NCBI GenBank assembly: GCA_017998165.1
Contig: JAGODO010000001.1
Location: forward strand, 1-49,453
Length of the DNA: 49,453 nucleotides
Source: Flavobacteriales bacterium
GTDB lineage: Bacteria; Bacteroidota; Bacteroidia; Flavobacteriales_F; PHOS-HE28
Reading direction: 5' to 3'
Shown here: piece after piece, positions 34,896-43,988 of the stretch
Position numbering within the stretch: position 1 is the first letter of the stretch
Layout of the letters: every line of letters starts with the position of its first letter
The notes under the pieces: model-generated
Seen by the model: only the letters and a program-made list of their open reading frames with translations
Told to the model about the DNA's origin: nothing
Database searches by the model: none
Program-made: the position numbers and the translations under genes

Positions 34896-36892
34896 TATAA
34901 CACCGTGACCTCCGTACGCCGGTTCTGCGCGCGACCCTCCTCGGTGTCGTTGCTCGCCACGGGTTTCATTTCACCGAATCCAGCGGCCGTCACACGCGTG
35001 GGTTCGATGCCATAGCCGGTGAGGTATTTCATCACGGCGTTGGCGCGTTCATCGCTCAATTTCTGGTTCTCCGCGTCGGCACCCACGTTGTCCGTGTGGC
35101 CGCCGACCTCGATGCGCAAGGTCGGGTTCGCCTTCATCAAGCGCAGCAGTTTGTCCAGTTCGAGGTTGCTCGCCGGAAGTAGTTCGGCGCTGGCCGTGTT
35201 GAAGAAGATGTTGCGGAGGGCGATCACACTGCCTGCGGAAAGCGGGCTCAGTGGAACCTCAAGCGAATACGGCTTGTCCGGCGTGCTGTTCGCGATACTG
35301 TAGTTCTCGCTGAAGAACAGGTATCCCTCGGCGCTCGCGTTCAGCGCATAGTCACGGCCTGTCGGAAGACAAACCAGGAACTCACCGCTCTTGGGATCGC
35401 TGTAGGCGGCGGTGGCCAGTTTGCCCGTGGCCAGGTCGTACATCTGCACATCCGCTTCCAGTGACTTGCCGGTCGTCTTGTCGGACACACGCCCTGTGAC
35501 GTAGTTCACCGGCGTCGCGCGCGTCCCCTCCGGAAGCTCGAAGCTGTACAAGTCCAGGTCGCCGAAACCGCCTTCGCGATCGCTGGCGAAGAAGGCCATG
35601 CGGCCATCGCATCCCACGAGGACGCTGTTCTCATCACCGCTGGTATTGATCGGATAGCCCAGGTTCATCGGCTTGCCCCAATTCCCTTCGTCATCCAAGC
35701 GGCTCACGTAGATGTCCAATCCGCCCATGCCGGGGAAACCATCGCTGCTGAAGTACAGCGTGCGGCCGTCCGGATGGATCTGCACGCTCTCCTCTTGGAA
35801 CGGCGTGTTGATCGTCTTTCCTAATGGCTCCGGCTTGCTGAAGTTGCCGTCGTCACCAAGGACGCTTTTCATGATGTCCATGCTCTTCAGGCCGTCCTGC
35901 GCCTGGGTGGCACGTACGAAGTAGAGCGTCTTGCCATCGCTGCCGAGCGAAGGCTGGCTTTCCCAATTGCGCGAGTTCAGCGGAGGTCCGAGATTGTCCG
36001 GCGGTGTCCAACGCTCACCGATCCGGCGGCTGATGAAGAGGTCGCAACTGCCCAGACCTTTCAACCCGGCGCCGTAGTCGTTCTCCAACAGAGAGCACTT
36101 CGTGAACACGATGAAGCGACCGTCCGGACTGAGCGTTCCCGCGCCTTCGTTCATGGTCTTCGTATCCACGGAGGGGATCGGCGAGCCTTGACCCCACGCC
36201 GTATCACCAAAGTAGCTCACGAAGAAATCCTCCTGCATGCCGTACGGTGACGTCGGCTCATCCACGCGGCGCGTGTAGAGCAAGGTCATGTTATCCGCCG
36301 TGATGCACGGGTAGTACTCCGGGAACTTCGTGTTCACGCCGGGTCCAAGGTTCTTCAACTCGAAAGGAACGGGGTGCTGCACCGCTTCACGCGCGAAGGA
36401 GCACTTCTCGATGCCCAGCAATGCGCGCGCCTTGCGCTGCGGTTCGTCATCCACCGACAGGTAGAGGCGGTAGTTCTTCTCCGCTTCATCGTACTTGCCC
36501 GCAGCGAACTGCAGCTCCGCCTGGTGCAAGGAGGCCGGCTTGAAGTACTGTGCCGAAATGGCCAGCACTTCGCTCCACGACGCCATGGCCTCGGTGGCCT
36601 TGTCCTGCTGTTCGTACATCTCGGCCAGATAGATGCGCGGCTCGATGAACGCCGGATCCTGCGCGGCCGCCTTCTTCAGGTCCTCTTCCGCGCACGCCCA
36701 TTTCCGTTGGCGCATACAATCGCCGCCGCTCTCGTACAGCTTGATCGCCCGCTTGTCTTTTGTGGTGTAGTTCACTTGCGCCTGAAGAGCGGGCAGTAGG
36801 CAATGGCAGTAGGCAGCAGCAACAACGATGCTCCTCAGTCCTGCCACTGCCCACTGCCGCTGCCTGCTGTCAGTTCCACTGGAAAACCTCAT
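34895..36892 (-). CDS. OmpA family envelope protein (TPR + PD40 propeller + CarboxypepD_reg-like + OmpA_C)
   Basis: N-terminal TPR-like helices, PD40 repeats (LSPDGRFIVFT, GSDGKTLYFV, IHPDGRTLYFSS) and C-terminal OmpA peptidoglycan-binding motifs (GHTDNVGADAENQKLSDERANAV...NRRTEV). Confidence 0.8.
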   Translation of the reverse strand: MRFSSGTDSRQRQWAVAGLRSIVVAAAYCHCLLPALQAQVNYTTKDKRAIKLYESGGDCMRQRKWACAEEDLKKAAAQDPAFIEPRIYLAEMYEQQDKATEAMASWSEVLAISAQYFKPASLHQAELQFAAGKYDEAEKNYRLYLSVDDEPQRKARALLGIEKCSFAREAVQHPVPFELKNLGPGVNTKFPEYYPCITADNMTLLYTRRVDEPTSPYGMQEDFFVSYFGDTAWGQGSPIPSVDTKTMNEGAGTLSPDGRFIVFTKCSLLENDYGAGLKGLGSCDLFISRRIGERWTPPDNLGPPLNSRNWESQPSLGSDGKTLYFVRATQAQDGLKSMDIMKSVLGDDGNFSKPEPLGKTINTPFQEESVQIHPDGRTLYFSSDGFPGMGGLDIYVSRLDDEGNWGKPMNLGYPINTSGDENSVLVGCDGRMAFFASDREGGFGDLDLYSFELPEGTRATPVNYVTGRVSDKTTGKSLEADVQMYDLATGKLATAAYSDPKSGEFLVCLPTGRDYALNASAEGYLFFSENYSIANSTPDKPYSLEVPLSPLSAGSVIALRNIFFNTASAELLPASNLELDKLLRLMKANPTLRIEVGGHTDNVGADAENQKLSDERANAVMKYLTGYGIEPTRVTAAGFGEMKPVASNDTEEGRAQNRRTEVTVL

Positions 36893-37491
36893 GGGATATT
36901 CAGGTACTTATGCGTCTGGAGCGATACGCGCCAGCGCGGGTGGGTCTTGATGTATTCGGTGATACAGGGCATCATCTCCTCGCGCTTGCCCCATTCGGGT
37001 TGAAGGAACAGAAGGCAGGAAGACCTGACCTGTGTCGCTTGCTCCTCAGCCCATTTCAGGTCGTGCTTGTTGAAGACGATCACCTTCAATTCATCGGCTC
37101 TGACGAAGCTCTCCGGTAGCGCGGTCTTGAACTTCTTGGGGCTCAAGCACACATGGTGCCATTCCCCGCTTACGGGGTGGGCGCCGCTGGTCTCGATGTG
37201 GGTGCGGAAGCCCGCCTCGCGCAATGCCGAAGTGAGTTCTGACAGGTCGTGCATCAGCGGCTCCCCACCGGTGATCACCGCGATGCGGCCGGGATACCGG
37301 TCCGCCTCAGCGACGATGCTCTCCACAGTATGCACCGGATGCTTGCTCGCATCCCAACTCTCCTTCACGTCGCACCATGTGCAACCCACATCGCAACCGG
37401 CCAAACGGATGAAGTACGCGGCCTGGCCCGTGAACAGCCCTTCCCCCTGGAGGGTGTAGAAGGACTCCATGACAGGAAGCGGGCGCGACAT
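36889..37491 (-). CDS. queE: 7-carboxy-7-deazaguanine synthase (radical SAM)
   Basis: ESFYTLQGEGLFTGQAAYFIRLAGCDVGCTWCD (CxxxCxxC cluster) and ITGGEPL. Its stop overlaps the start of the OmpA-family gene (ATGA). Confidence 0.9.
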   Translation of the reverse strand: MSRPLPVMESFYTLQGEGLFTGQAAYFIRLAGCDVGCTWCDVKESWDASKHPVHTVESIVAEADRYPGRIAVITGGEPLMHDLSELTSALREAGFRTHIETSGAHPVSGEWHHVCLSPKKFKTALPESFVRADELKVIVFNKHDLKWAEEQATQVRSSCLLFLQPEWGKREEMMPCITEYIKTHPRWRVSLQTHKYLNIP

Positions 37492-37606
37492 GCGCGCAAA
37501 GAAACGACTGCCGGTCCGCCCGGAGAGCGGCGAAAGCCGTGGCAGCCCGGCCCATGCTGTACGACTTCAACTTGCCCCAGGCCGGGCTGGTGTCTGGTGG
37601 ACCGAC

Positions 37607-37963
37607 AAAAAAAGCCCACACAGGGCCACGTTCAGGGAACCCATGAAATCACATGGGCGGGGTCGCGATGATGGCTTCCGTAATCCTCGTGTTGCCGAAG
37701 CAAGTCCCTACCGAAGTAAGGCTGAGGCCCGCCGTACACCACCGAGGGTGCGACCCCTGATGGAAATTGTTGGTTCCGATGAACAGTTGGCCTGTGTGGG
37801 CTTCGCGTTATCCTCGGCTGCGCTCGGACTGACAGTCAGATGCAGGAGGTAGAAGTCACTTCAGGTGCGTGTGAAAGAACAGCGAGACGAAAGTAGTCCC
37901 GCGGATGAGAAATCCAACACCGGTTGAAAAGTCAGTTCGACCGGTGGTTCCATCATCGTCCCC
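37607..37963 (-). ncRNA. Candidate structured non-coding RNA of unknown class (core 37607-37801; possible 5' extension to 37963)
   Basis: All of the following are on the minus strand:
- Two adjacent UUCG-capped hairpins, at 37706-37721 (CCUUAC-UUCG-GUAGGG) and 37692-37703 (UUGC-UUCG-GCAA).
- A 13-bp 5'/3' closing helix, 37789-37801 with 37614-37627, extended by GUUCA/UGAAC and GGAACC/GGUUCC.
- The closing helix is followed directly by U7 (37607-37613).
- A 14-bp alternative or pseudoknot pairing, 37950-37963 with 37659-37674.
There is no credible ORF in the region. Confidence 0.4.
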
Positions 37964-38008
37964 TGTGGTTCGATACGGGTTCCGAATCCCGTTCCACGCG
38001 CTATGGCC

Positions 38009-40041
38009 CTAACGCACCAGCGTTACCGACCCGTGGAGCTTCGCATGATCAGCGGCATCCTTGAAACGATAGTCGAGCGCCCAGAAATAGACACCATCAG
38101 GCACTGCACTCCCTTCGCTGGCGCCGCCCCAACCAACGGCGATGCGGTCCGTACTGAAGATCCGTTGCCCCCATCGGTTGAACACATCGAGGTGTGCGGT
38201 GGCCACACCATTCATGCGCACGGGAACGAACCGATCATTCTCACCGTCGCCGTTCGGGCTGAAGACGTTCGGCATCTCGATATAGGTGGAGCAATCCACC
38301 ACGGTGATCATCACGCTGTCGGTGACCAGGCAGCCCCCTTCCCCGGTGCTCACGTGGTACAGTCCGGAGTCTGTTACGAGGTAGGTCGGGCCTGTCGAAC
38401 CATCCTGCCAGGTGAGCGACGCTCCGTCAGCTTGAGGGTCCAGCACCAGGGTTTGGCCCATGCACAATGCCCGATCCTCCCCGAGATCCACGTGGAAGGC
38501 ATCCCCATCGAAGCGCGCGATGTAGGCATTGCAACCGTTGGTGCTTGACGTGAATGAAGCGGTGTCAGGGCCCGGATCAAGATCGGCCGTTTGCTTGAAG
38601 CTGCCCGCGAGGAACTGGGTGGTGCCCTTCACCCCGAACGCTGGAGGTATCGTACTGCCACCGTAGCCGTTGTTCCCCATGGTTCGCGCCCAGCAGAGGT
38701 CGCCATCGGGATCGTACTTGGCCCAGACATCGGCGAACGCGCTCTGGGCCGGGGTGATCAAGTAGGTGACTCCCGGACCCAAGTCGAAATCACCGCTGGC
38801 GAAGGACCCGGAGATGTACACGTTGCCTTCCTGGTCCAGTTCCACCTGCCAAGGCTTGGTGAAGAGATAGATACCGCCGCCCCAAAGCAGTTCCCCGTCC
38901 GCATTGAACCTGCCCACGAAAGCGGAGTTCTGAAGTTGCAGGCTTGGCAAGGTGACCACACCCGGTCCCGGATCAAGGTCCAGGCCGATGCCGACGTAAT
39001 CACCGAGCACAGCGAACGAGCCATCATCGGCCACCGCCAGTTCCACGGCATCGCCATCGGCGTTGTTCAACACAGGCAGATCGAGTGACCAGATCAGGTT
39101 GCCATCTGTATCGTACTTGGAGATGAAGGCGTCGTTCACCCAGGATGTGGAAGTCATCACATTCGTTCCTGGACCAGGATCGAAATCCACATCGCCCGCG
39201 AAATGACCACCCAGCAGGATCGTGCCATCGGGTGAGGATCGGATGGACCGGGGGCCGCCGTAGATGCCGATCTCCGTGAGGGCCTTGCTCCAGAGGTGAT
39301 CGCCATTGGCACTGTACTTCGCGAAGAACATTGCGTAGTTGGTGGAAGTGAGGGTATTGGTACCGGGTCCGGGATCGGGATCGATGCTCTGGTAGAACGA
39401 ACCCGTGGCCAGGATGGAACCGTCGTCCGCCACATCAAGTGCTTCCGGCATCACACCCGAACTGCCACCGAAGTTCCTGGCCCAGATGAACGCTCGTTGG
39501 GATCATACTTCGCGATGATCACCTGGTTGGGACTGCCCGGAGGAAGGAAGAGCGTAGCGTCAGCCGGACCCGGGTCCATGTCCAGCGCACCGGTAGCCCC
39601 AACCAGAATGACGAGGTTTCCTTGCGGATCGAACTCCAAGCCGCGCGGGTATATCCATGCCGTGTCCCCGTCGCCGAAGAGGTCGGCCCAGATCAGCGCG
39701 CCCTGCGCATCATATTTCGCGAGGAAGAAGCCATAGAGTGCGGTGGACTGTTCCTGAACACCTGGTCCCATGTCGAAGTCGATGGTGTCGTTACAATGCC
39801 CCAGTACATACACATTGAGCGCGCCGTCCACCACCAGCTCATCGCTCATGCTCTCGCCAGGGTGCAGATTCTGCATGGTCTGTGTGCCATGGCCACGCAA
39901 CTGCCCGGCCCAGGTCAAGCGCTGCGCATAAAGTGGCTGCAAGACCAGGCAGATAAAGGTACCGATGAGCAGGCGTTGGATCACGGATCTCGCGTTCTCA
40001 TTCACCGGACACGGTTCGCGGCGAAAGCGTTGCCTTGTCAA
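38009..40041 (-). pseudogene. SBBP-repeat secreted protein with T9SS type B (gliding-motility CHU_C) C-terminal domain, split by a frameshift near 39493-39496
   Basis: ORFs 39451-40041 (signal peptide plus repeats) and 38009-39454 (the same KYDxxGxxxW / DxDPGPG repeats) abut each other. Shifting frame at AACGAGCG restores KYDPN-G-A-FIWARNFGGSSGVMPEALDV, which matches the repeat consensus. The C-terminus is MPNVFSPNGDGENDRFVP...GVYFWALDY. Confidence 0.7.
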
Positions 40042-40062
40042 TTCCTGTCCCGCACCACCGTT

Positions 40063-40605
40063 TCAGCCCTCCCCCTTCTGCCCAACGAACTGATCGTCCT
40101 TGTCCTCGAACAGGATGTTGAACGTGGTGAGCGAACCATAACAGCGCGTGATGTACTGCTGCAGTTCGACCTTCTCCTGTTCGCTCAGGGCCGGATGCGC
40201 GTTGATCTTCTGCTCCAGCACACGGAAGCGGTCACGGATCATCACGATCTTGTGGAAGAAGTCCTCGATCGGCACTTCCTTGCTCTTGATGGTGGCATCA
40301 GCGCTCTTCATTTCGAGCATGCCCTTCTGCCAGCGGCGCGCGAGTTGCACAGGGCGCTGCGGCATGTCAGCTTCACGCAGCACGGCGCGCAACGCGTCCT
40401 TCACGCTGTCCATGTCCAGTTCCGCTGCGCCGATCTCCACGCCGGGGGCTATCGTGACCAGTCCCTCAAAGCTGCGGCTGATGGGCTGCTCGCCGTGTTC
40501 CTTGAAGAAGATGTGGACCGTGCGCTGGTCCATCTCATATACCACACCCACGCCGAGGGTCGGGTGTTTCACACGGGCACCGATGCTGATGTCGTATAGT
40601 TCCAT
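40063..40605 (-). CDS. Hypothetical protein with N-terminal DUF3553/Tudor-like motif
   Basis: IGARVKHPTLGVGVVYEMDQRTVHIFF resembles the GxxVxHxxFGxGxV module found at UvrD/PcrA C-termini. The rest is helical. Confidence 0.55.
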   Translation of the reverse strand: MELYDISIGARVKHPTLGVGVVYEMDQRTVHIFFKEHGEQPISRSFEGLVTIAPGVEIGAAELDMDSVKDALRAVLREADMPQRPVQLARRWQKGMLEMKSADATIKSKEVPIEDFFHKIVMIRDRFRVLEQKINAHPALSEQEKVELQQYITRCYGSLTTFNILFEDKDDQFVGQKGEG

Positions 40606-40628
40606 TCCGCGAACTTAGTTCGCCGACT

Positions 40629-41084
40629 TCAGCGCACGTCGAGTACGTTGTAGGTGGTGCCGCCGAAGAGCACACGATCCCCTTTCCGCTTGCCGCGCAA
40701 GGCCGCGAACAAGGGTGCCTCGGAAGTAAGCCCTTGGAACGTGCGGCCATCCGCTTCGAACTCCTCGATGCTCGGCCCGATGATGAAGTTCCGGTGATCC
40801 GTGCTCACGACGGCGCCCACATCGATCACCTCCATCTGCGCATGCGCGTCCATGCTCTGGAGACCCATCAACTGGTTTTCCAGCCGTTCCAATTGGTCGC
40901 CGAAGCGATCGAGCAGTTCAATGTCGGCCACACGGGTCATCTCGCTCTGGCTCGCGGTCTCGTGCAGCTCATCCATGATGGTCGCGGAGCGCAGGTCGTT
41001 GATACGGTCCTTGTGGCTGTCGATCATGGAGATCAGCTCGCGTTCCGCCTCGCGGAAGACATGGTGTTTGATCAGGGGTAGCAT
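40629..41084 (-). CDS. GreA/GreB-family C-terminal domain protein
   Basis: An N-terminal coiled-coil is followed by VIDVGAVVSTDHRNFIIGPSIEEFEADGRTFQGLTSEAPLFAALRGKRKGDRVLF, which is similar to the GreA C-terminal FKBP-like domain (SPLARALxGKxxGD). Confidence 0.6.
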   Translation of the reverse strand: MLPLIKHHVFREAERELISMIDSHKDRINDLRSATIMDELHETASQSEMTRVADIELLDRFGDQLERLENQLMGLQSMDAHAQMEVIDVGAVVSTDHRNFIIGPSIEEFEADGRTFQGLTSEAPLFAALRGKRKGDRVLFGGTTYNVLDVR

Positions 41085-41141
41085 AGCATTCGGGTATGCC
41101 CCCAAACTATCCCGGCAGTTCCCGTCCGGACCTGATGGACA

Positions 41142-42113
41142 TCAGGAAGGCAAGCGCTCGGGCGCTTCCACGGGCGTGAAGTCGCTCAGCTTGTTCAGGT
41201 CCAATCGCATGGTGCCTTCCTTGGAGCTGAAGGCACGCACGTATCGGCCGCCCCAAACGATCTCATCGAAACGGAACGAGTGCCGCGTGATCACCTGTTG
41301 CATATAGCCTTCGTCGATGCCCTTCAGTACGAGGATCACCTCCGCGCGGCGTTGGATCAGGTCGGTGTTGGAGATCCCCGCGAGCGGGCTGTCCGGTAAA
41401 ATGGGATGCACCAGTGTCCAGCTCAAGGGCAGGAAGCTCACCTTGTCGAACTGCAACTTCAGGTTGTAGTAGTTCAGGCGTTCGCCCTGGTCGTCCACGT
41501 CAGCCATGACCAGCATCAAGCGGGCTTCCATTTCCATCAGCAAGGTGGTGCGTCGATTCGCCAGGCGCAGTTGCAAGCTCCAACCGTCCTTGAACGGAGC
41601 GATGAGCGCCTTATCACTGTATGCGATGCGCGTGGTGGGCCGTGCGAAGCGCGCATAGATCACCGCACTTATGAGCGAGAAGCCGAGAATGCCGAACACA
41701 CCTTCCACAGCGGCGAGGATCCATGTGGCCGGACTGTTCGGGTAAAGCGAACCGTAGCCCACGGTGGTCAGCGTTTGCACGCTCATGCCGAGGGCGCTGA
41801 TCCAACGCGTAGTGAGCGAGGTCATGTCGGCATTGCCCATTTGCTCCACACCGATGAGCATGTAGAGCGACCCGAAGACAAGGTTCATGCTGATGTAGCC
41901 GAGCAGGAAAGTGAGCACCAAGCGCCACACCGGCATGGTGGCCAGTGCCACGAACCCCTCGCGCAGGCCGCTCACCTGACCGATGCGGTCCACCTGGAAC
42001 TTGCCGTCGCGCGCCATTACGCGCTCCAGCGGTCGCTCGAACGTGGTGCCGATGCCCGGGTCCTCGGTGCGGATCGCTCGGGTCTTGAAAGCTAACAGAG
42101 GGGTTATCGCCAT
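41142..42113 (-). CDS. Inward-rectifier-type K+ channel (KirBac-like)
   Basis: Two TM helices flank a pore helix and the selectivity filter SVQTLTTVGYGS. The cytoplasmic IRK_C-like beta-rich domain follows (ARFARPTTRIAYSDKALIAPFKDGWSLQLRLAN). Confidence 0.8.
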   Translation of the reverse strand: MAITPLLAFKTRAIRTEDPGIGTTFERPLERVMARDGKFQVDRIGQVSGLREGFVALATMPVWRLVLTFLLGYISMNLVFGSLYMLIGVEQMGNADMTSLTTRWISALGMSVQTLTTVGYGSLYPNSPATWILAAVEGVFGILGFSLISAVIYARFARPTTRIAYSDKALIAPFKDGWSLQLRLANRRTTLLMEMEARLMLVMADVDDQGERLNYYNLKLQFDKVSFLPLSWTLVHPILPDSPLAGISNTDLIQRRAEVILVLKGIDEGYMQQVITRHSFRFDEIVWGGRYVRAFSSKEGTMRLDLNKLSDFTPVEAPERLPS

Positions 42114-42165
42114 CGGGGTCGAAGATCGCAGCGAAAAACGGTTGGTGGTAGATGATCGGCGAGGC

Positions 42166-42185
42166 GGGCGACGAATTCGTCGCCC
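42166..42185 (-). terminator. Perfect 20-bp palindrome GGGCGACGAATTCGTCGCCC directly after the M14 peptidase stop
   Basis: It forms an 8-bp GC-rich stem with an AATT loop, starting 1 nt after the TAG at 42186-42188. A TTTTT run lies about 30 nt further downstream on the minus strand. Confidence 0.45.
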
Positions 42186-43907
42186 CTACTCCCCGATCAC
42201 CCGCAGCACGGGATACTTCCGGAACGACGGTTCGAAGTACGGCGAGCGCTGGTACACGAAGTACAGTTGCGCCCAAGCATCCTTGGCGAATGCGGGATCG
42301 GCTCTGCGCTTGGCTTCGAGCGCGGCTTTCAACGCTGGTTCTTTCTTCAACAGATCCGCAGCGATGTCCTCAAAGACGTAATCGCTGAACCATTCCTTCT
42401 GCTGCAGCGCGCTATCGAAGAAGCCCCACGCGAAGTAGCTGTCCTCCCCTTCCGGTTCCAGCGTTTCCATGATGAGGCGATCCGTGACCTGTCCAGTGCG
42501 CACCAGATAGTCACCGGCAACGGCCGAGTGCTCCCCGCGTTGTGATGAGCAGCGGATATCCCGGTGGAGATGGTGCCCTTCGTACGGCTGTTGCCCTGTC
42601 TTGAACTCCGCGATGCTGTCCACTTCCACGGTGAAGGATCGTTCGCGGTCGAGATGTTCGACCTTGACACCGTTGATCTCCAAGCGCTGCACGATCGCCG
42701 CCGCCCAGGCCTGCGGGATGATGTAGCCCAGCGGCTTCCGCTTGATGAGCGAAGGGGCGTAGTGGTCGCGCCAAGGGACTTTCGTATCCGTGGGCCGTGT
42801 GTGATCATAGCGGATCCTCGGCAGCCCCGTCAGTTCGCTGGTCGTGTGTTCAGCCGCCCAGCCCTTCCACGGCAGGGGCTCCACATGCGTCGTATCGAGC
42901 ACCCAGTTCAGGCCGATCTCATCCATGGAAGCCGTGTGCTTCTTCGCGGCGGTCCGCGCTTTCCGCAGTTCCTCCGGATGCTCGTTCATCGCAGCGAGCG
43001 TTGCCAGCATGAGTTGGAAGGTGGCGTTCACCCGATCCGCATACGGTTTCAACATGTGGCTTTCCGCCAGGATGCCGATGCGGTCGAACAGCGCGTTGTA
43101 GCCCGTACTGTAGCGAGGGCTGTCATAGAACCCCACGAGCCCCTCCTCGGGCGTATCACCCTCCGTCTCGAAGTAGGGGCACATCAACATGTTCTTGCTG
43201 TTCATCCACTCATACAGCCGTGGCATCATCATACCCGTCATGAATGCGCTGAGCCCTCCATCGAGCTTGTCCTTCTGTGTGGTCAGCAATTCCATCAGGT
43301 ACTGGTGATCGGCACCGTCGCTCACGTGCGTTTCGAAGTAGACATCGGGATCCATGATATTCAGCGCTTCGGCCATGGTCCACATGTTACGGGAGTCCGT
43401 CTTGATGAAGTCACGGTTCAGGTCCAGGTTGCGCGCGTTGCCACGGAAGCCGTAAGCCAACGGTCCATCCTGATTCGCGCGGCTGAAGGAACCGCGTCGC
43501 TTCGCACCGCTCACATTGTACATGGGTACGATGCACACCGCCGTATGCACGGTGAGGCCCATCAGCTGGTCGCTTTCCAGCAGCGCTTGCGCGAGCAGCA
43601 AGCTCGCGTCCACACCATCGGGTTCACCCGGATGGATGCCGTTGGTGATCCAGAGAATGTTCTTCCCTGCAGCACGGATGCTGTCCGGCGTGGAACCACT
43701 CCCGTCCGAAATGATGAACACATGGATCGGTGAACCGTCGTCGTCCTCTCCGATCTCGAAGAGAGCTGCTCCGGAGTGCATGCGGTCCAACTCCTGATAG
43801 CGGGCGATGGCTTGCTCCCAGGTAGCGGAGGAATCCCTGGAGAATGTCCATTGCGCGAAGCATCGGACCGTGAGCACGGCAAGGATCAGGGCTGAACAGG
43901 GGCGCAT
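42186..43907 (-). CDS. M14 family zinc carboxypeptidase (secreted)
   Basis: Start at the internal ATG, giving signal peptide MRPCSALILAVLTVRCFAQ. Zn motif ITNGIHPGEPDG (HxxE), plus NLDLNRDF and FETHVSDG. The 236-aa upstream extension in the track overlaps the sixA-like gene on the other strand and is rejected. Confidence 0.8.
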   Translation of the reverse strand: MRPCSALILAVLTVRCFAQWTFSRDSSATWEQAIARYQELDRMHSGAALFEIGEDDDGSPIHVFIISDGSGSTPDSIRAAGKNILWITNGIHPGEPDGVDASLLLAQALLESDQLMGLTVHTAVCIVPMYNVSGAKRRGSFSRANQDGPLAYGFRGNARNLDLNRDFIKTDSRNMWTMAEALNIMDPDVYFETHVSDGADHQYLMELLTTQKDKLDGGLSAFMTGMMMPRLYEWMNSKNMLMCPYFETEGDTPEEGLVGFYDSPRYSTGYNALFDRIGILAESHMLKPYADRVNATFQLMLATLAAMNEHPEELRKARTAAKKHTASMDEIGLNWVLDTTHVEPLPWKGWAAEHTTSELTGLPRIRYDHTRPTDTKVPWRDHYAPSLIKRKPLGYIIPQAWAAAIVQRLEINGVKVEHLDRERSFTVEVDSIAEFKTGQQPYEGHHLHRDIRCSSQRGEHSAVAGDYLVRTGQVTDRLIMETLEPEGEDSYFAWGFFDSALQQKEWFSDYVFEDIAADLLKKEPALKAALEAKRRADPAFAKDAWAQLYFVYQRSPYFEPSFRKYPVLRVIGE

Positions 43908-43988
43908 GCGACGAAGATGGGGATCGGGCCCTGACCATGTTCCGGACACCCTTACTTTGGTATGCCCCGCCAAAGCGGGATGGGACAC

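Noticed and set aside
37607-37990. Identification of the structured intergenic RNA as tmRNA or RNase P RNA.
   Set aside because: - On neither strand did I find the tmRNA hallmarks (GGGG...GGUUUCGAC 5' end, an alanine-rich tag ORF ending in a stop, T-arm plus CCA 3' end).
- I also did not find the universally conserved RNase P blocks (GGAAAGUCCGG, ACAGAAnCCGGCUUA).
- AAGUCC occurs on the + strand at about 37702, but without the partner P4 strand.
37955-38005. tRNA-like T-arm (ACGGGTTCCGAATCCCGT and GGTTCGAT) just downstream of the T9SS gene stop.
   Set aside because: The loop sizes are non-canonical (8 nt). No acceptor, D or anticodon arms could be built around it.
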